Shown in pieces: positions 1 through 8,967 of a stretch of 64,000 nt of DNA. The notes beneath the pieces are model-generated. The model made no database searches. It saw nothing but the letters and a program-made list of their open reading frames with translations, and had not been told where the DNA came from. Source of the DNA: a virus. How positions within the stretch are numbered: position 1 is the first letter of the stretch; each line of letters starts with the position of its first letter. The position numbers were made by a program, and so were the translations under genes. The stretch lies in the IMG/VR virus record IMGVR_UViG_3300021373_000005. One strand, written 5' to 3'.

Positions 1-706
1 CCAAATCTTGAGCAAACTTTTTCTCATTACCCATTTCAGCAAGAGCAGCTTTAACAATTGCGATTGCTTCTTTCTTTTCAGCTGAAGCTAATTGAGAACC
101 ACCTGCTTTCTTTAATGAAATCTTTTCGTTGAAGTCAGAAGATGCGATATCCGTCTTTGGAGTTTTATTCCTTGCGCCAGATTCTTTCCATATAGGACCA
201 AGACTTACTGAACCAATACCACGACCAGTTTGAACTAACTGTTTGGCAGATAAACCTTTCTTAAAGTTTTCGGCAATTGTAAATGATTGTTCTGAATACT
301 TATCCCAATATTTCATTGCGACTTCTTCTGTCGCAGGATCTGTACTTACACCATTTAATTTATTATAAGCAAATACAATAAGGTCTTCCCACTCTGCACC
401 AGAAGGAATACCTCCTCCTTCTTTATAATGAGTGAAGGCGGATGACTTATAGCCTTGACCGCCTTTTAATCTAATGACCTTACCATCAGGTCCTTTAATA
501 AACTTTTCAATTTCACCTGTTTCTTTACCTACTGAAACGGCTACTTTACCACCTGATACTATTTCAAATATATCACCCTTACTATAACCAAGTTTACCGA
601 GTTCAGCAAAGTCAGTGCCTTTCCATACAACCTTATGACCAATTACATAGTCGGGTTTCATTAGAGAAGCTTCATTGATAGAAGCAAATGTTTTAAATCT
701 GCGCAT
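1..706 (-). CDS. Partial ORF (runs off left edge), putative PD-(D/E)XK nuclease-fold protein
   Basis: Own translation from ATG at 706: MRRFKTFASINEASLMKPDY...SGAEWEDLI...TPKTDI...KISLKKAGGSQL; open to position 1; late promoter at 741-748. Not in the ORF track. Confidence 0.6.
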   Translation of the reverse strand, partial: MRRFKTFASINEASLMKPDYVIGHKVVWKGTDFAELGKLGYSKGDIFEIVSGGKVAVSVGKETGEIEKFIKGPDGKVIRLKGGQGYKSSAFTHYKEGGGIPSGAEWEDLIVFAYNKLNGVSTDPATEEVAMKYWDKYSEQSFTIAENFKKGLSAKQLVQTGRGIGSVSLGPIWKESGARNKTPKTDIASSDFNEKISLKKAGGSQLASAEKKEAIAIVKAALAEMGNEKKFAQDL

Positions 707-740
707 AAATAACCTGTGTTAAATATAGTGTACTTTAGTT

Positions 741-748
741 TATTTATA
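741..748 (-). promoter_or_regulatory. T4-type late promoter TATAAATA
   Basis: Exact TATAAATA on the minus strand 35 nt upstream of the ATG at 706. Confidence 0.65.
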
Positions 749-757
749 CAGATAAAA

Positions 758-2200
758 CTATCTAAGTTCTACATCTCCAAAGACATTTTTACCAGGTTTA
801 CGTTTATTTAGCCTAAGGCCAATATCGGTCTTGTCAAAAACAGGACCGTCATCATGACTCTGTTTCTTTCCCGGCGGCTGACCACCTCCAGGACCATCAA
901 GATTTATATTGCTCTGAGCCGATTCTTCCAACTCATAAACCTTCATCTTTGCTCTTTCGATACCAACCAGGAATCTTCGATAATAACTGATGTCTCCCCA
1001 ACGATTCTTCAACTGTTTAATCATCAGTTGATTCATTTCGTCAAGGTATTCAGAACTAACAAGACCAAAGATTGCATCTGCCGTATGAGTAATACCCATA
1101 GATTCAGAAGTATTTGTTAAGTCAACATCAGAGTTACCATAAGCATCTCTGTTATATTGAGAAGATGTAACGATTGCACAATTGTATTCCATTGCCAATC
1201 CACGAACTTCTTCTGCGATTGATTTAACTAAAGTATAACTGTTTGCCGCTGCTGCACCTTTAACTCGAGAGGAAGAACAAATATTCAGGTAATCTAAAAA
1301 GATAACATCAGGACTGAAGTTCTTTTTAAGTTTGAGTTCATTCAGCAAATGTCTGAAATGACCACTATGTGCAGAGCCTGTTGGAAATTCTTTAATAACC
1401 AACTTACCTGTTGTCTTTGTTTTGTAACGAGCCATTCTTTTTTCAAATACATCACGAGGTACTTCAGCAACTTCGTCCAAAGTAATATCCATAATGTTTG
1501 CGTCAATACGACGGCCGATTTCTTCAGCAGCCATTTCCATTGTAATATACAGAACATTCTTTCCATACATCAAATGATTTGCTGCCATGTGACATTTAAG
1601 TAAAGACTTACCACCACCTGTTGTTGCCAACAAGACAGTCATAGATTTACGAGGTATGCCACCTTTTGTAATTTTGTTAAGGATGTCAATATCAAATGGA
1701 ATCCTTTCTTCTTTGCGATGATAATGTTCATAACGATCGTCAACATCTTCAAGGAAATCATGACCTACTGATTGGTCAAAACTGATACCTAAACTATCAG
1801 ATAGCAACCTTGGTATTTCACCTTTTCCTTGGTCAGTATTTTGTCCGTCAAGAATAAGGATTGACTTTCTGATACTATTATATAAATCTTTGTCTTGACA
1901 AAACTTTTCTGTTTCATCAATCAAAAATTCTATATTGGTATCTTTATCAACAGTCATTTCACCAACTAGTTGATGAACACCTTGATATGTATCTTCAGTC
2001 AGATCCTTTCTTTTATCAACAGCAATCTTTAAAGCTTCAAGAGAAGGCGGCTCCTTGTACTTTTCTAGGTACTCGGAAGCCGTTTCAAATACTTTACGAA
2101 GAACGGTATCATCAAAGTAATCTTCTTTAAGATAAGGATATACCTTTCGGCAATAGTCCTCATTCAGAATCAGATTCGATAGTATCGTCTTCTCGAGCAT
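758..2200 (-). CDS. gp41: Replicative DNA helicase (DnaB-like)
   Basis: Walker A ATTGGGKS, ITMEM, IFLDYLNI, QLKNRWGD motifs; likely start MLEKTIL at 2200 after GAGGG (track start 2215). Confidence 0.95.
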   Translation of the reverse strand: MLEKTILSNLILNEDYCRKVYPYLKEDYFDDTVLRKVFETASEYLEKYKEPPSLEALKIAVDKRKDLTEDTYQGVHQLVGEMTVDKDTNIEFLIDETEKFCQDKDLYNSIRKSILILDGQNTDQGKGEIPRLLSDSLGISFDQSVGHDFLEDVDDRYEHYHRKEERIPFDIDILNKITKGGIPRKSMTVLLATTGGGKSLLKCHMAANHLMYGKNVLYITMEMAAEEIGRRIDANIMDITLDEVAEVPRDVFEKRMARYKTKTTGKLVIKEFPTGSAHSGHFRHLLNELKLKKNFSPDVIFLDYLNICSSSRVKGAAAANSYTLVKSIAEEVRGLAMEYNCAIVTSSQYNRDAYGNSDVDLTNTSESMGITHTADAIFGLVSSEYLDEMNQLMIKQLKNRWGDISYYRRFLVGIERAKMKVYELEESAQSNINLDGPGGGQPPGKKQSHDDGPVFDKTDIGLRLNKRKPGKNVFGDVELR

Positions 2201-3236
2201 CATTTCCCTCCACATTAGTCAGCTTGTACTTTCTTTCAACAAATTTATTAAATGAATCGTTTTTGATTAGGTCTTGGAAGAAACTATCATCTTCTTCAAT
2301 ATCCTTTCCTCTACGTTTCGGTTCAATAATTTCACCAGTTTCAAGGTCAGTCAAATTATACCATCCTTGTGTTGCCTTTGTAATATGACCAGATTCAATC
2401 GCAAGATCCATTAAGGAACTCCACTTTTGAATACCTGAATCATATAATACTTTAAACGGCAGCTTTGCTTTTTCTTTTACATATCTTGACTTTTCAATAT
2501 TGATAGTAAATTTCCAACCTGCTAGGTCAGTACCATCTTTCTCTTGAGCCTTAGATATAATAAAGATTTGATTCGCAGAATAGTAAATACCTGTACCACC
2601 TGAAATAATGTTCTTAGGAAATAACCCAATCTCTTTATATGTATGGTTAACTGCGATACAAGGAATATCCTTTGTAGTCAGTTTAGGTGTAATGATTCTG
2701 AACAATGACTTGAGTGCTTTTGCTCTCGACATATCCGCTACTGATTTTTCATTCATAGCATCCTCAACTTCTTTCTTCGAAGCAAGGTTACCGATTGAGT
2801 CAATCATTAGGAATACATTGTCACCTTTCGATACTTCATCCAATCTTTTCGTAATATCAAACTTTAGTTGTTCAACATCTTCAATTGGAATGTGAAGTAC
2901 TCTTGTTGTATCAATATCAAAAGATTCTAAATACTCAGGTGTAATACCATATTCAGAATCGTATAACAAAGCAACACCTTTCGGGTACTTTTTCAAATAA
3001 GCCTTCATACAATATAAGCCGAGCAAAGTTTTGAAACTTTTTGATTCTCCTGCTACAACTGTAAGACCTGGGATAAGACCACCTTTTAACGAACCACTAA
3101 ATGCAATATTTACAATAGGTAGTTCTGTTTGAATAGGATCCTTATCTTTAAAGAAAGCAGAATCGGATAGAGCAGATGCCTGCTTTATTGACCCGGCTTT
3201 TAACATTTTATCGAGTAAACTCATTTTATTCTCCAC
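2160..3236 (-). CDS. uvsX: RecA-like recombinase
   Basis: AGESKSFKT P-loop, YDSEYG, IDSIGNLAS, GGTGIYYSA; adjacent to gp41. Confidence 0.95.
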   Translation of the reverse strand: MENKMSLLDKMLKAGSIKQASALSDSAFFKDKDPIQTELPIVNIAFSGSLKGGLIPGLTVVAGESKSFKTLLGLYCMKAYLKKYPKGVALLYDSEYGITPEYLESFDIDTTRVLHIPIEDVEQLKFDITKRLDEVSKGDNVFLMIDSIGNLASKKEVEDAMNEKSVADMSRAKALKSLFRIITPKLTTKDIPCIAVNHTYKEIGLFPKNIISGGTGIYYSANQIFIISKAQEKDGTDLAGWKFTINIEKSRYVKEKAKLPFKVLYDSGIQKWSSLMDLAIESGHITKATQGWYNLTDLETGEIIEPKRRGKDIEEDDSFFQDLIKNDSFNKFVERKYKLTNVEGNDAREDDTIESDSE

Positions 3237-3510
3237 TTAAAATTTGATGTAACTTATCGGCAAACGCATCAAGTTTCTCATATCGGTTTGGCCAATATAT
3301 GTAATCCTTTTCTGGGTTAGCTTTTAAGTTATTCAATAGCGGTACAACCGCATCATATATTAATTGAGCCTTAGCAGCGTTCTGTTCAGCAGAAGCTGCA
3401 GTTGTAGTAACTGCTTCCTTTGCTTGTTGAACTACTTCCAATTCATCGGCGTCAACAGCAGTAAAACCAAAATCAAAATCAAGTATTGTGGTTTCTTTTT
3501 CTATAGACAT
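3226..3510 (-). CDS. Hypothetical protein
   Basis: 94 aa ORF with GGAG RBS between gp32 and uvsX; FDFGFTAVD motif. Confidence 0.75.
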   Translation of the reverse strand: MSIEKETTILDFDFGFTAVDADELEVVQQAKEAVTTTAASAEQNAAKAQLIYDAVVPLLNNLKANPEKDYIYWPNRYEKLDAFADKLHQILSGE

Positions 3511-3521
3511 ATAATCTCCTT

Positions 3522-3548
3522 AAAAAGGAGGGCACCGAAGTACCCTCC
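3522..3548 (-). terminator. Intrinsic terminator after gp32
   Basis: GGAGGGTAC-TTCG-GTGCCCTCC-TTTTT; cUUCGg tetraloop typical of T4-like phages. Confidence 0.85.
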
Positions 3549-3557
3549 GTGCTGTTA

Positions 3558-4484
3558 TTAACTACGTGCCAATTCCTTAAAGATACTAAGGTCATCATCA
3601 TCATCACTAGCGGTTGAGCCTACATCAGGTTCAGCCGTTGCCATTACTGGTTCAGCTGTATCGTTGGACATATCAGATAAATCCAATTCATCAGCAGTTT
3701 CAGTTACCGGTGCAGAAGCAGTCGGTTCATCATTTTGTAAATCAAGAACACGATAGAGTTTAGTTTTCAACTCGGAATATGACTTGAAGTTCTTTTCAGA
3801 AACAATTTCTTCGAGAGAATGTTGTTCTCCCCAAATTCTTTCCAACTCAGCATCGTCTTCAGACAATGGTGAAGCAGGGTCGAACTCAGACTTGTCATAG
3901 TTAGGATAACCTTCAAACTGTCTGATTTTGAGACGGAAGTTTGCTCCTTCCCATAGGTCAAACGGATTTACTGGATCCTCATCTTCAAAAGTTGGATTCA
4001 TTAAATCATTCAACTTATCAAAGATTTTCTTACCGAATTGATAAAGGAATACTTTACCTTCGTTTTCAGGATTGCCTGAATCTTTAACGATATAGACATT
4101 AGCAGTATACTTGAGCCTGCGCTTTTGCTTACGTGCTTGGTCTTTATCAGATTCAACTCCACTATTCCACAGTTTAGAATTAAACTCAGAAACAGGATCA
4201 TCCTGGTTCAATGTGGTTAGTGAATTTTCGATATACCATAAACCTGTAGGTCCTTGGAATCCATGATCCCACAACCTTACGAAAGGCATTTCTTCACCTT
4301 GAGGTGCAGGCAAGAAACGGATTACTGCGAATCCATTACCGGCTTTGTCTCTCGTTGGTTTCCAAAATTTTCCTGCGTTAGGGTCTTGGTATGATTTTGA
4401 AGATATCTTTTCAAGTTGAGAGTTCAACTTATCCAAGGTCTTCGTGCGATTCTTCTTCAGAGAAGAGAAGTCTGTTAGTGCCAT
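3558..4484 (-). CDS. gp32: Single-stranded DNA-binding protein
   Basis: FWKPTRDKAGNGFAVIRFLP, HGFQGPTGLWYIENSLTT, FGKKIFDK, GANFRLKI, acidic C-terminal tail. Confidence 0.95.
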   Translation of the reverse strand: MALTDFSSLKKNRTKTLDKLNSQLEKISSKSYQDPNAGKFWKPTRDKAGNGFAVIRFLPAPQGEEMPFVRLWDHGFQGPTGLWYIENSLTTLNQDDPVSEFNSKLWNSGVESDKDQARKQKRRLKYTANVYIVKDSGNPENEGKVFLYQFGKKIFDKLNDLMNPTFEDEDPVNPFDLWEGANFRLKIRQFEGYPNYDKSEFDPASPLSEDDAELERIWGEQHSLEEIVSEKNFKSYSELKTKLYRVLDLQNDEPTASAPVTETADELDLSDMSNDTAEPVMATAEPDVGSTASDDDDDLSIFKELARS

Positions 4485-4523
4485 AATTAGTTCTCCTTAT
4501 GTATAGCGTTATATTGCGTAGTA

Positions 4524-5129
4524 TTAAATATCAAACCGTTCTTTAACAATTGTCTTAAAACGATTTGGTTCAAACTCCAAGAAAGGTTTATACTTTCTGG
4601 ATTTGTCTATTATATCAAAACTAACATGTTTGTCAACTATTTTCTCACTCCAGTACGAAAATATATTCGCCATGAAAGCTAAAATAGTAAACGTCTCAAG
4701 ACTAATCTTCTTTTGTAATAACAATGTCATCACAAGAGGATGTTGTCCATCGACTGATATAAAGTTTCGCTTGTATTCATCATTAAGATGAGCAAGCTCG
4801 GATTTGAAGACATAACCTAATGATTCTATCTTTTTCCTCCAATTCATATATCTGGCTTCGCCTTCGCTGTCAAGCAAATCACGTACCCAGATGTTTTTAT
4901 TTATTAAAAGATTACTTAAAATGAGTCCTTGAACATCATCTTTTTTCGCTAATTTTGCGAATGAATAGGCATCGTTTCGAGACATAAATGTTTCGTAATT
5001 TGCACGTACCTTTCCATTGTATTTAAAGTAATCGTAATTGTCCGTCGTAAAATGTTTTTTCAATGCTAAGAATTTAACATAAGCATTAAAACTATCATCA
5101 CTCGCTAAAGTCTGTGATATCTTGTTCAT
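4524..5129 (-). CDS. gp59: Helicase loader
   Basis: YVKFLALKKHFTTDNYDYFKYNGK, ISLETF, KYKPFL; gp33-gp59-gp32 order. Confidence 0.88.
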   Translation of the reverse strand: MNKISQTLASDDSFNAYVKFLALKKHFTTDNYDYFKYNGKVRANYETFMSRNDAYSFAKLAKKDDVQGLILSNLLINKNIWVRDLLDSEGEARYMNWRKKIESLGYVFKSELAHLNDEYKRNFISVDGQHPLVMTLLLQKKISLETFTILAFMANIFSYWSEKIVDKHVSFDIIDKSRKYKPFLEFEPNRFKTIVKERFDI

Positions 5130-5373
5130 CTTCCTTCTTCACCATCTTTAAAGTAACTGCCTCAGTCCGAATCTTTTCTTTCAAGATAGAACTCTTCTTT
5201 ACGATTTGAGCAATTGTTTCTATTTCAATTCCATTCTTCTCGGAGAAGTCGACTAAGGCGTCAATATATGGAACTCCTTTTGAAATATGTTTGCTTATTT
5301 CGTGATGGATTTTATCGGGTGTTAGAGCTACAACGGACATATCAGTTTTTTCCTTTGAATTCTTTTTTGTCAT
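5098..5373 (-). CDS. gp33: Late transcription co-activator
   Basis: YIDALVDFSEKNGIEIETIAQIV...LKEKIRTEA; upstream of gp59. Confidence 0.85.
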   Translation of the reverse strand: MTKKNSKEKTDMSVVALTPDKIHHEISKHISKGVPYIDALVDFSEKNGIEIETIAQIVKKSSILKEKIRTEAVTLKMVKKEDEQDITDFSE

Positions 5374-5384
5374 GTATACCTTAT

Positions 5385-5413
5385 ATTATATACTAGTTAA
5401 CTGCGTATGTCAA
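5385..5413 (-). promoter_or_regulatory. Sigma70-type early promoter for gp33-gp59-gp32
   Basis: AACTATTGACA-17 nt-TATAAT on the minus strand. Confidence 0.8.
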
Positions 5414-5475
5414 TAGTTATTTTTTGAAATGTATAATAAACCTGCCCAGCTGAAGTATTTCAACCGGACAAGTCT

Positions 5476-5504
5476 ATTATAACAAAGTTTTACTTAGATG
5501 TCAA
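5476..5504 (-). promoter_or_regulatory. Second, upstream sigma70-type early promoter
   Basis: TTGACA-17 nt-TATAAT on the minus strand. Confidence 0.75.
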
Positions 5505-5512
5505 TCTATTTA

Positions 5513-5764
5513 TTAAGCCACTCTAAGGGGGTCGAGCGGCTCGCAAAAGTTGATGACACTGAGCGATTGTCTGTCACAAAGTTCAACGTGATGTTGAACG
5601 AGAGGGATACCATAGATTGGTGATTGAAAGGGCATGTATAAATGAGGCCAAATAATTGGTGCTAAGAATCCAGTAATACAAGCTCCAAAAAATAAAACAG
5701 CAAGGGTCCAATTTCGGACTGTCTTAATCATTTTATTGTACCTCGTTAACCTCTTTTTGACCAA
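5513..5764 (-). CDS. Hypothetical membrane protein
   Basis: One hydrophobic segment (WTLAVLFFGACITGFLAPIIW). Confidence 0.55.
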   Translation of the reverse strand: MVKKRLTRYNKMIKTVRNWTLAVLFFGACITGFLAPIIWPHLYMPFQSPIYGIPLVQHHVELCDRQSLSVINFCEPLDPLRVA

Positions 5765-5966
5765 CTAAGTAGCCAGCTTTTTCCCAACCTTCTAAGGTAC
5801 GGCAGCGAGTCTTGCGCGTGGTTAAACCATTGATACCTTGGATTTCTACTCGAGCACAATATAGACCATCGTCATTCAAACGTGCAACATAATCTTTTCC
5901 ATCAGCAACTGCTTGGGTGGCAATTCCTGAGGCCGCAAGACAGAGGGCAATTACTAAGTTCTTCAT
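5733..5966 (-). CDS. Small secreted protein with signal peptide
   Basis: MKNLVIALCLAASGIATQAVA signal peptide; GGAG RBS; two Cys. Confidence 0.7.
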   Translation of the reverse strand: MKNLVIALCLAASGIATQAVADGKDYVARLNDDGLYCARVEIQGINGLTTRKTRCRTLEGWEKAGYLVGQKEVNEVQ

Positions 5967-6137
5967 TTCTTTTTTTCACTCCTGTGTGAAATTATAAATT
6001 AGGGTTAAGTGTTACCAAAGGTAACGCTACTATATATAACAGGGTTGTGAAAAATTGTGTTAAGGTTTTGTTAAACTTTCACTATTATGACCATTCATGA
6101 GATTTATTCTTTGACAAAAGTATAACACCAAAAGTGT

Positions 6138-6833
6138 CTATACTTCTTCAAATAAAACATTCTCTACATATTGATTTTTGCGTTCTTCAGGTACACCCAT
6201 TGCGAGTATTGAAGAATGAAGCATCTTATTCATTTTCTGATTACGACAATATTTGTTCTGTGCTTCTTTTGTATTCAGACAATCTAATTTCTGATGAACA
6301 GGATTTCCCATCTCTGAACAATAAAAAGTAACTAGGTTCAAAGCCATCTGACAAAGTTGGTCTGTTTCTAATCCTTCTCTTATTGAACCTGCGCCTACAA
6401 TATTTTCAGAAAAGATTTCTTTTGCCCAGTCAGGCATCTCTCTTGCTCTTGTCCAAGTTAGTTCTTCGGTTTCGTATTTAAACTTATCTAGGAATACATG
6501 ACCTCGGTCGTGAAGTGGAGAGTAATCGCAAAAGCAACCTGATATCTTTTTAGGATTAGCAACAATATCTAAACCGAAGATAGGAAGGTCAACATCAAAC
6601 TCAGGAAACACATTAATATGCATTAACCATAATTTGTTTTTACCTACGGGTTCAATTGTTTTTAAATGACATTTGCGAATAATGTCGTTTGACCAAAAGT
6701 GATCTTCCCAACCGTTTAAGTCTGCTGTGTGTTTAGGATTATCATAACGTTCCATATAGGAATCAAACACATTACAGATTTCCTCTGATAAATTTCTCAA
6801 TCTATCAAAGAGAGGACTTTCAATTTTATTCAT
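6138..6833 (-). CDS. pcyX: Ferredoxin-dependent bilin reductase (PcyA/PcyX-like)
   Basis: RKCHLKT, MHINVFP, LPIFGLDIV, CDYSPL, N.YCRNQKMN match the FDBR pattern; likely start MNKIE at 6833 overlapping the heme oxygenase stop (track start 6947). Subfamily call is tentative. Confidence 0.75.
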   Translation of the reverse strand: MNKIESPLFDRLRNLSEEICNVFDSYMERYDNPKHTADLNGWEDHFWSNDIIRKCHLKTIEPVGKNKLWLMHINVFPEFDVDLPIFGLDIVANPKKISGCFCDYSPLHDRGHVFLDKFKYETEELTWTRAREMPDWAKEIFSENIVGAGSIREGLETDQLCQMALNLVTFYCSEMGNPVHQKLDCLNTKEAQNKYCRNQKMNKMLHSSILAMGVPEERKNQYVENVLFEEV

Positions 6834-7446
6834 TATCTTCCCAACCGCCCATCTGTCTTGCCATCGCATAATTTTCTGGTTCGTAATCTTCTGCGTTGTT
6901 TCGATAGTTTTCCATGAGCTCATGGAATAACCTTTCTGCATATTCAAAACATATCATTGCTTCGTCAGCCATTCCATCATGTAATAATTCTCTTACTTGT
7001 TTAATCAACTCTGCCCTGTTTTCAAATTCATACATAAGACCTGCACCAGGAACATTTCTTTTAATGATTTGACCACCGTGAGCATCTCCAAAGTGTCTTA
7101 CATACAAATGAGCAAGTAATGCTTCGTTATCACCATCTTCGAGAAGTTTATGAATATGTTTATTATATTCTATAACGGATTCAAAGTTTTCTTCAACTTC
7201 TTCTAAATCGTAAGTGGATTGTAATTCTGATAAATCTTCTTCAATTAAAGTTGACCTAAAGATAGGTTCTAATTCCATCGGTACTTCAACCGCTGATTCC
7301 AATACCATATAATTTTGTAATTGAGCGTGTAAATATTCTTGGTAAAGTTTAGGACTGATATTCCCAGAAAGTAACATATCGGCAAATTCAGTTCTTTCTG
7401 CGTTATCGTGGTGTTGCCTTGTTAGTTCTTTTAAATTGTTTGCCAT
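6826..7446 (-). CDS. hemO: Heme oxygenase
   Basis: LKELTRQHHDNAE proximal-His helix and HLYVRHFGDAHGGQII distal helix. Confidence 0.92.
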   Translation of the reverse strand: MANNLKELTRQHHDNAERTEFADMLLSGNISPKLYQEYLHAQLQNYMVLESAVEVPMELEPIFRSTLIEEDLSELQSTYDLEEVEENFESVIEYNKHIHKLLEDGDNEALLAHLYVRHFGDAHGGQIIKRNVPGAGLMYEFENRAELIKQVRELLHDGMADEAMICFEYAERLFHELMENYRNNAEDYEPENYAMARQMGGWEDNE

Positions 7447-7485
7447 TTCGTTTCCTCATGATTTAATTCATTTTGTATATGAAAG

Positions 7486-7497
7486 TATTTATAAATA
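7486..7497. promoter_or_regulatory. Palindromic bidirectional T4 late promoter (TATTTATAAATA)
   Basis: Perfect 12-bp palindrome containing TATAAATA on both strands between divergent hemO and lipase genes. Confidence 0.7.
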
Positions 7498-7537
7498 ATT
7501 GCTGAACTCAATTGTATATATCTCAATGGGAGAACTT

Positions 7538-8284
7538 ATGAAAAATAAAGTACAATTTGATGATGTAAAAAGTGAAGCCATTAAAAAAGCAGAAATGGCA
7601 AAAATTGCATATGAAGATGGTAAGGAAGCCAAACCATTATTCAAAGCATTAGGTTATACCGGTCATAAATTTATTGATAAAGACGGCGCACAAGCTCATT
7701 GTGTTTGGAATAAAGAAGAATTCGTTCTATGTTGCCGTGGTACTGAACCTACAGAACTCAACGACCTTAAAGCAGATTTAAATATTTGGCCTGATAAGGC
7801 TCAAGTTGGTGGTTGGGTACATAATGGTTTCCAAAATGAAATTGATGATATCTGGGAAGACGTTATGAAAGAATTTGGAAAACATTCAGATAAAAAGATT
7901 TCAATTTGTGGACATTCATTAGGTGGAGCAATGGCAACAATTGCTGCTTCAAGATTAAAAGTACACAAACCTGTTCTATATACATTTGGATCACCAAGAG
8001 TTGGTAATGCCGAGTTTGTAAAGAACATGTCAAGTGTTGAACATTATCGCTTTGTTAATAACAATGATTTAGTTACAGTTATACCACCTTGGGTTATGGG
8101 TTACCGTCATCACGGTACAGTTATGTATTTTAACTATAACGGTATTATCAAGAACCTTGCTTGGTGGAGAAAGTTGAAAGATAAACTAAGAGGTATTGTG
8201 ACTTCGTGGATTAATCTAAAGCCTTTTGACGGCCTTGCAGACCACTCAATGGATAACTACACAAAATATACTAAGGACAACTAA
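7538..8284 (+). CDS. Class 3 lipase (alpha/beta hydrolase)
   Basis: CRGTE, HNGF, GHSLGG nucleophile elbow, YTFGSPRVG, NDLVT..P, DHS; start after GGAGA at 7538. Confidence 0.9.
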   Translation: MKNKVQFDDVKSEAIKKAEMAKIAYEDGKEAKPLFKALGYTGHKFIDKDGAQAHCVWNKEEFVLCCRGTEPTELNDLKADLNIWPDKAQVGGWVHNGFQNEIDDIWEDVMKEFGKHSDKKISICGHSLGGAMATIAASRLKVHKPVLYTFGSPRVGNAEFVKNMSSVEHYRFVNNNDLVTVIPPWVMGYRHHGTVMYFNYNGIIKNLAWWRKLKDKLRGIVTSWINLKPFDGLADHSMDNYTKYTKDN

Positions 8285-8652
8285 TGGACATTTTAGAGAG
8301 GCTATTATCAGATACCTTATGGATTTATACAGCAATCCTTGGTTCAATCGCAGGCGCAGGATTCTTGTTTTGGTTTAAAGATACGAGAATGGCAACTTGG
8401 GCTGTAGCAAAATTTGACGGTATTTTAGAATATCTTGTAATTCGTTGGGGTTGGACTTGGTTACAAAATGACCCTGATGCTTGGAGAAAAAAGTATCCTC
8501 GTATTACTGGAAAAATTGATGAGCTTGAAGATAGAATAGAAATGCTTGAAGGAGATTCACATCCTCCTGTTGCTCCTGGTGGAACAGCTGAGCTTAAATC
8601 GTTGATTGATGATATCAACAAAAGATTAGATAATCTTGAAAAGAAAAAGTAA
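8284..8652 (+). CDS. Membrane protein with C-terminal coiled coil
   Basis: N-terminal TM segment (WIYTAILGSIAGAGFLFWF), heptad-like tail; translationally coupled to the lipase. Confidence 0.7.
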   Translation: MDILERLLSDTLWIYTAILGSIAGAGFLFWFKDTRMATWAVAKFDGILEYLVIRWGWTWLQNDPDAWRKKYPRITGKIDELEDRIEMLEGDSHPPVAPGGTAELKSLIDDINKRLDNLEKKK

Positions 8653-8966
8653 TGGAACTAACCGATGCAGCAATATCTAAAGCGATTGAAAGAACGGCAG
8701 GATCGCAACCTAGCTATATTAGGTTGGGTGTCACTGCTGGTGGGTGTGTTGGCTTTGAGTATATTATTGAATATGCTCGTGAAATTAGTAACGATGATAC
8801 TGTAACTGATTACGGAAAGTTTAAAATAGTCATGGATAAATTGTCCGAACCGTATTTTAAAGATGCAAAGTTGGACTGGGTAAAGGAAGGATTGAATGAA
8901 TCATTTAGAATTATCAATCCAAATGAAACCGCTTCTTGCGGTTGCGGAGAATCAATAGGATTTTAA
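8652..8966 (+). CDS. iscA: A-type Fe-S cluster carrier (IscA/HesB family)
   Basis: LTDAA, RLGVTAGGCVG, NPN...CGCGES motifs. Confidence 0.9.
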   Translation: MELTDAAISKAIERTAGSQPSYIRLGVTAGGCVGFEYIIEYAREISNDDTVTDYGKFKIVMDKLSEPYFKDAKLDWVKEGLNESFRIINPNETASCGCGESIGF

Positions 8967-8967
8967 A

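Noticed and set aside
6111-6144. Plus-strand sigma70 promoter at TTGACA 6111
   Set aside because: The nearest -10-like hexamer (TATACT) is 22 nt away, outside normal spacing
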